Source: Euglena gracilis (Eukaryota). Taken from it: a stretch of 64,000 bases of DNA. A program made the position numbers and the translations under genes. The first letter of the stretch is position 1; every line of letters starts with the position of its first letter. This document shows positions 60,576-64,000 of this stretch, in pieces. Location of the stretch: the NCBI GenBank assembly GCA_039621445.1, contig CP154954.1, positions 29,397,411 through 29,461,410 on the forward strand, read 5' to 3'. The notes beneath the pieces are model-generated. The model searched no databases. It was not told the origin of the DNA and worked only from the letters and a program-made list of their open reading frames with translations.

Positions 60576-63373
60576 AACAACAACAACAACAACAACAAAT
60601 GAAATCATCAAGATTGAAGAGTAACAAAAAACCCTCTTCTGGTGCCAGGTTGGACATCCACAATTGAACCTGTGAAAAAAAAAATTTACCCTGAAATTCG
60701 AAAATGCCCTTCACCACCTGTGTTTCATCGAGAAATGAAATTCAATTCATTGGCTGCGATTGAAAGCTTTCTGACTTAAAAAAAAAAAGAACATGGCGTT
60801 CGGGGAGCGTTTTGTGCAATTACCTGACGCGGTTCCTTTGACCCTGTAACATGTGACCTTGTGGACGCCGTGATTCCACTCTGCTCCGCCCATGCCATTG
60901 CTTAGCGACATCCGGGGGGGAGGGGGGGGTCACTTTCCACTCTGAAAAAAACCAGTCAGTCACTTTTTTCGGCCAAGCCAGTCAGTCACTTTCCCCCCCC
61001 CGGGGGGGGGGGGGTCGGCCACTCAGGAAAACCAGACACTTTTTGGCCTTTCAAGGCTATTTTTGGCCAAAATTTTCTCCGGCGCCTTTGGCCCAAGGCG
61101 CCGGTTGGCCACTCAGCCACTTTTGGGTGATTTCTGGCCTACCCCACCCCCAGGGGGAGGGGGGTCACGGCCAAAAAACCGGTCAGTCACTCTGAAAAAT
61201 CCAGTCAGTCACCCCCCCCCGTGTGCACTGTGGCTGTTTTTTGGTGCCTTTTATCCCTTCTTCTGGCCTGGCGCTGTTGTTCGCCTCTGGCCCTTTTGTC
61301 TGTGTACGTGGAGGTGGTCACCCATACCCCGGCCCGGCAGCGCGACCCCAAAGGAGGCAGGGGGACAGATTGTGAAAAAGATAAAGGACGCTGGACGGTC
61401 GCAATGGATTTTGCGCGGCCATAGGCCCACAATGGGGTGTCACTGAAAAAGTCATGCGGCCCGTGCCAGTGGCGCCCAACTGGCACCCTAACCCTGAATT
61501 TGTGGCGGGTGCATCAGTTGGGTACCTATGCCAAATATAATTGAAAATCAAAAAACTTTTCGTCCACTTGCGCAATGGCACAAGTGAATTTTTGAATGGT
61601 CCACTTGCACGATTGCGCAAGTGGACAACTCAAAGAATAAAGCAAAGTTTGCAGGGAAGAGGTACCTAGGATCAATTGCACACATGGTCCAATTCAACAC
61701 CAACCTGTGCCAGCCTGTTTGGAGCCGGAAATTCAATGCCATGATATTGTGGTATTCCCTATCCTGTACACCTGTGGTTCTGGATTATGATGCAGCCAAC
61801 TTGCCACAGAACAGAATTGGTTGCTGGTGGCACTCCTGCTGTAATCTTTATTCTGTCAACCTGTTTGTACTAACATAACTCCAATACCACCAATATGAAA
61901 ATCTTCCACAGGTCCTCGACCCCCAGAACACCATTTGGTGCTGGCAAGAAATGCGCAGGACAAAGCCAGGGTTTTGGTATATGGGAAACTTAAATTCCTA
62001 ATTTCCCACGGTCAGGGGAAACAAAACCTGGCATTACGTTACGGAGGGCAGAAAACACGAGATTTTTGGCTTTCCACCAGACCTCAGCCCCGAAAAACAG
62101 TGTTAATCCACATACACCCCAAAAGACCCTCCCCCAAAAATAAGACCCCCCCTGGGCCGATCAAGCAAAATTCAAAAATAAGACCCCCCATAAATAAGAC
62201 CCCCCTGGCGGCGCGAAGCGCCGGGGACGGCGAAGATTTTTTCCTGAAAAATTACCAAAAACCCCAAATTCAGACGCAAAAGTGATGAAAATCAAAAAAT
62301 TTTCAGATTTTTGAAGTTCAAAAAAAAATGTTTAAAATCAATTTACACCAATTTACACATGGCACAAAGCGCCGAAGGAAAAATTTTAGTGCTCTTTTGA
62401 ACCTGAAAAATGGTGGTTTTTCAGGCCCGGTTCGGTCAAAAAAAACAAAAATGAGACCCCCTCCAAAAAAGACCCCCCTGGAGGCTTCCTGCAACACACC
62501 CAAAATTAAGACCCGGGTCTTATTTGGGGGGGGGGGGACCATCATATAACCAACAGTTCAAAAACATGGGTTTGAAACCCCGGGGGGGATGGATTTGCAA
62601 CATGCGATTTTGGTCAGCAGAGGGACGTGCAGCACACCGGGCAAGGTCCTTCTGTGTAAGCTGGAACACCGCCTGGTTTTGCTGCACGGTGCCCTGGAAC
62701 AGCGCGACCTGCATGAAGCGCTCCGTCCCCTCCACCTTCCCCAGAAGACGGCTCAGCGTGTTGGTGGGCAGGTGGACCACTGTGACGCAGCAGACAGGAC
62801 ACAAAAATGCTTCCAGCCCCACATAAAATGCACTCCGCCGTGTTCCTTCATCACAACTGGAAGTGCGATGGCAGTTGCCGGATAATGGAATACCACCTCA
62901 TGCTTGGAAATGAAAGCCCATTACACAAAACGTCGATTTGGGTCCATGGGTAACCCCCCCCAAATTGTCGCCCCCCCCCCAAGGGGGGTGACAAATAGGG
63001 GGGGGGTCACGTTATCAATAAGGCCCACCGCCCTCAACAGAGGTGTTAGGGAATACACCATAACAACCCCACAACATACAGCAAATGAATTCCGAATCTC
63101 GGTAGGCTTCAAAGAATAGAAGGGACGGGACAAAGTGCCCGAAACGGCCGAAAATTCCTCCCCCCCCCCTGGTCGCGGCATCACAAGCGGAAAATGAAAC
63201 ATGTCAACCATCAGGAGTAAGCAGAACCTTGTGAGAAAATGGGCACTGAACCCTTCTTCGCCTTTGTGCCTTCCGGGAATGGAGAAACCCCACACCTTTG
63301 ATGCCCAACAGAGTGGCATAGATGAGGAAGTGCCCAGATTCATCAAAGGCCGTGTTGTATGGCCAGCAGGCTC
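54905..63373 (-). CDS. PPWD1: Peptidylprolyl isomerase domain and WD repeat-containing protein 1 (spliceosomal cyclophilin), 3' portion
   Basis: Exons 63296-63373, 62638-62779, 59697-59798, 58734-58883, 57856-57968, 56662-56766, 56186-56278 and 54905-55005, all GT-AG and phase-compatible. Reads [19 protein letters not shown]..., RDVFNEK..., [76 protein letters not shown]. Confidence 0.95.
55165..55875. mobile_element. Degenerate MITE related to 17308-17752, in the last PPWD1 intron
   Basis: Shares CAGAGGCT..AAAA..TGGGCT and AAAA(G)GCTGCTGGC blocks. Ends eroded. Confidence 0.55.
60486..60598. repeat. (CAA)n microsatellite
   Basis: Direct read. Confidence 0.98.
60891..61220. mobile_element. 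Truncated MITE of the CCAGTCAGTCACT family
   Basis: Starts CATGCCATTGCTTA and has the same internal repeats as 28172-28517. Right TIR missing. Confidence 0.7.
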
Positions 63374-64000
63374 CTGTGCAGCACGCCACAGGCACGGGGA
63401 GGCGCGCACTTCCCAAATGGCACACTCGAAAACATGCTGATGAAGGAAGGGTTTGCTTCAAGAAAAAGCTTACGATGAGAGCGCAAAGTACGAAATGTCA
63501 GGTCACGAGGCGTGCTTGTTCCAACCCAGCTCACTTGCCGGGGTCACAGTGGCCCAAAAGGCCAGGGGCCAACTTCCGAGAGGGACAAAATCGAGCCAAC
63601 GAGTGCTGGTATCCCAATGGGAGGATACACCTTGGGGCCAGAGATTCACTTAGACCCCGGGGGGGTTTTTTCTCAGCACATCCCGTCGGCCGTTGGTCAT
63701 CCCTTGGGCCCGAGGGCGGTCCTCAATGGGCGGTCCTTCAGGAAGAAGAAAAAAATCCGTGTCCCACATGGACCGCCCTGGACCTCCCACACACCACCCA
63801 GAGGGTTTCCGGGATTCCCGATCAGCCCTGAATCTGCTGAGCATTCAAAGAAGTCTTGTGATCTTTCGAAAGCGCACTTATACACGCAGGTCCGGTCTGC
63901 GAGGCTGTTTGAGGACCTTGCTTTTTGGATTTTTCCATTGACCGACTGATGACCTTTTTGGGACAGGGGGTACATTGCTCTTCCGGATTCAAACTGCACT

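Overview
This is eukaryotic nuclear DNA, most consistent with a euglenid (Euglena-like) genome: short GC-rich exons separated by a mix of canonical GT-AG introns and euglenid-type nonconventional introns (N3-CAG...CTG-N5/6, with base-paired ends). Four intron-rich genes lie head-to-tail on the minus strand: a PPWD1-like WD40-cyclophilin (3' half only), a C-terminal FYVE-domain protein, APC4, and an unknown Pro/Gln-rich protein running off the left end. Introns and spacers hold many CA(G)-ended MITEs with 8-bp target-site duplications (TSDs). Main finding: at least three exon-interrupting MITEs from three different families coincide exactly with nonconventional introns. The N3 and N5 flanks of the splice signal add up to one 8-bp TSD, so splicing would restore the reading frame exactly. 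One of these can also be read as a GT-AG intron. Second finding: a TSD-bounded 12.5-kb APE-RT-RNase H non-LTR retrotransposon sits inside a MITE and appears to carry an intron-containing 5' ORF. A 3.9-kb TIR element studded with GCGG-N4-CCGC palindromes is also present. Homology calls rest on motifs recognised by eye and on remembered reference proteins, with no database searches. Homopolymer lengths and the 23.7-26.5 kb region look error-prone.
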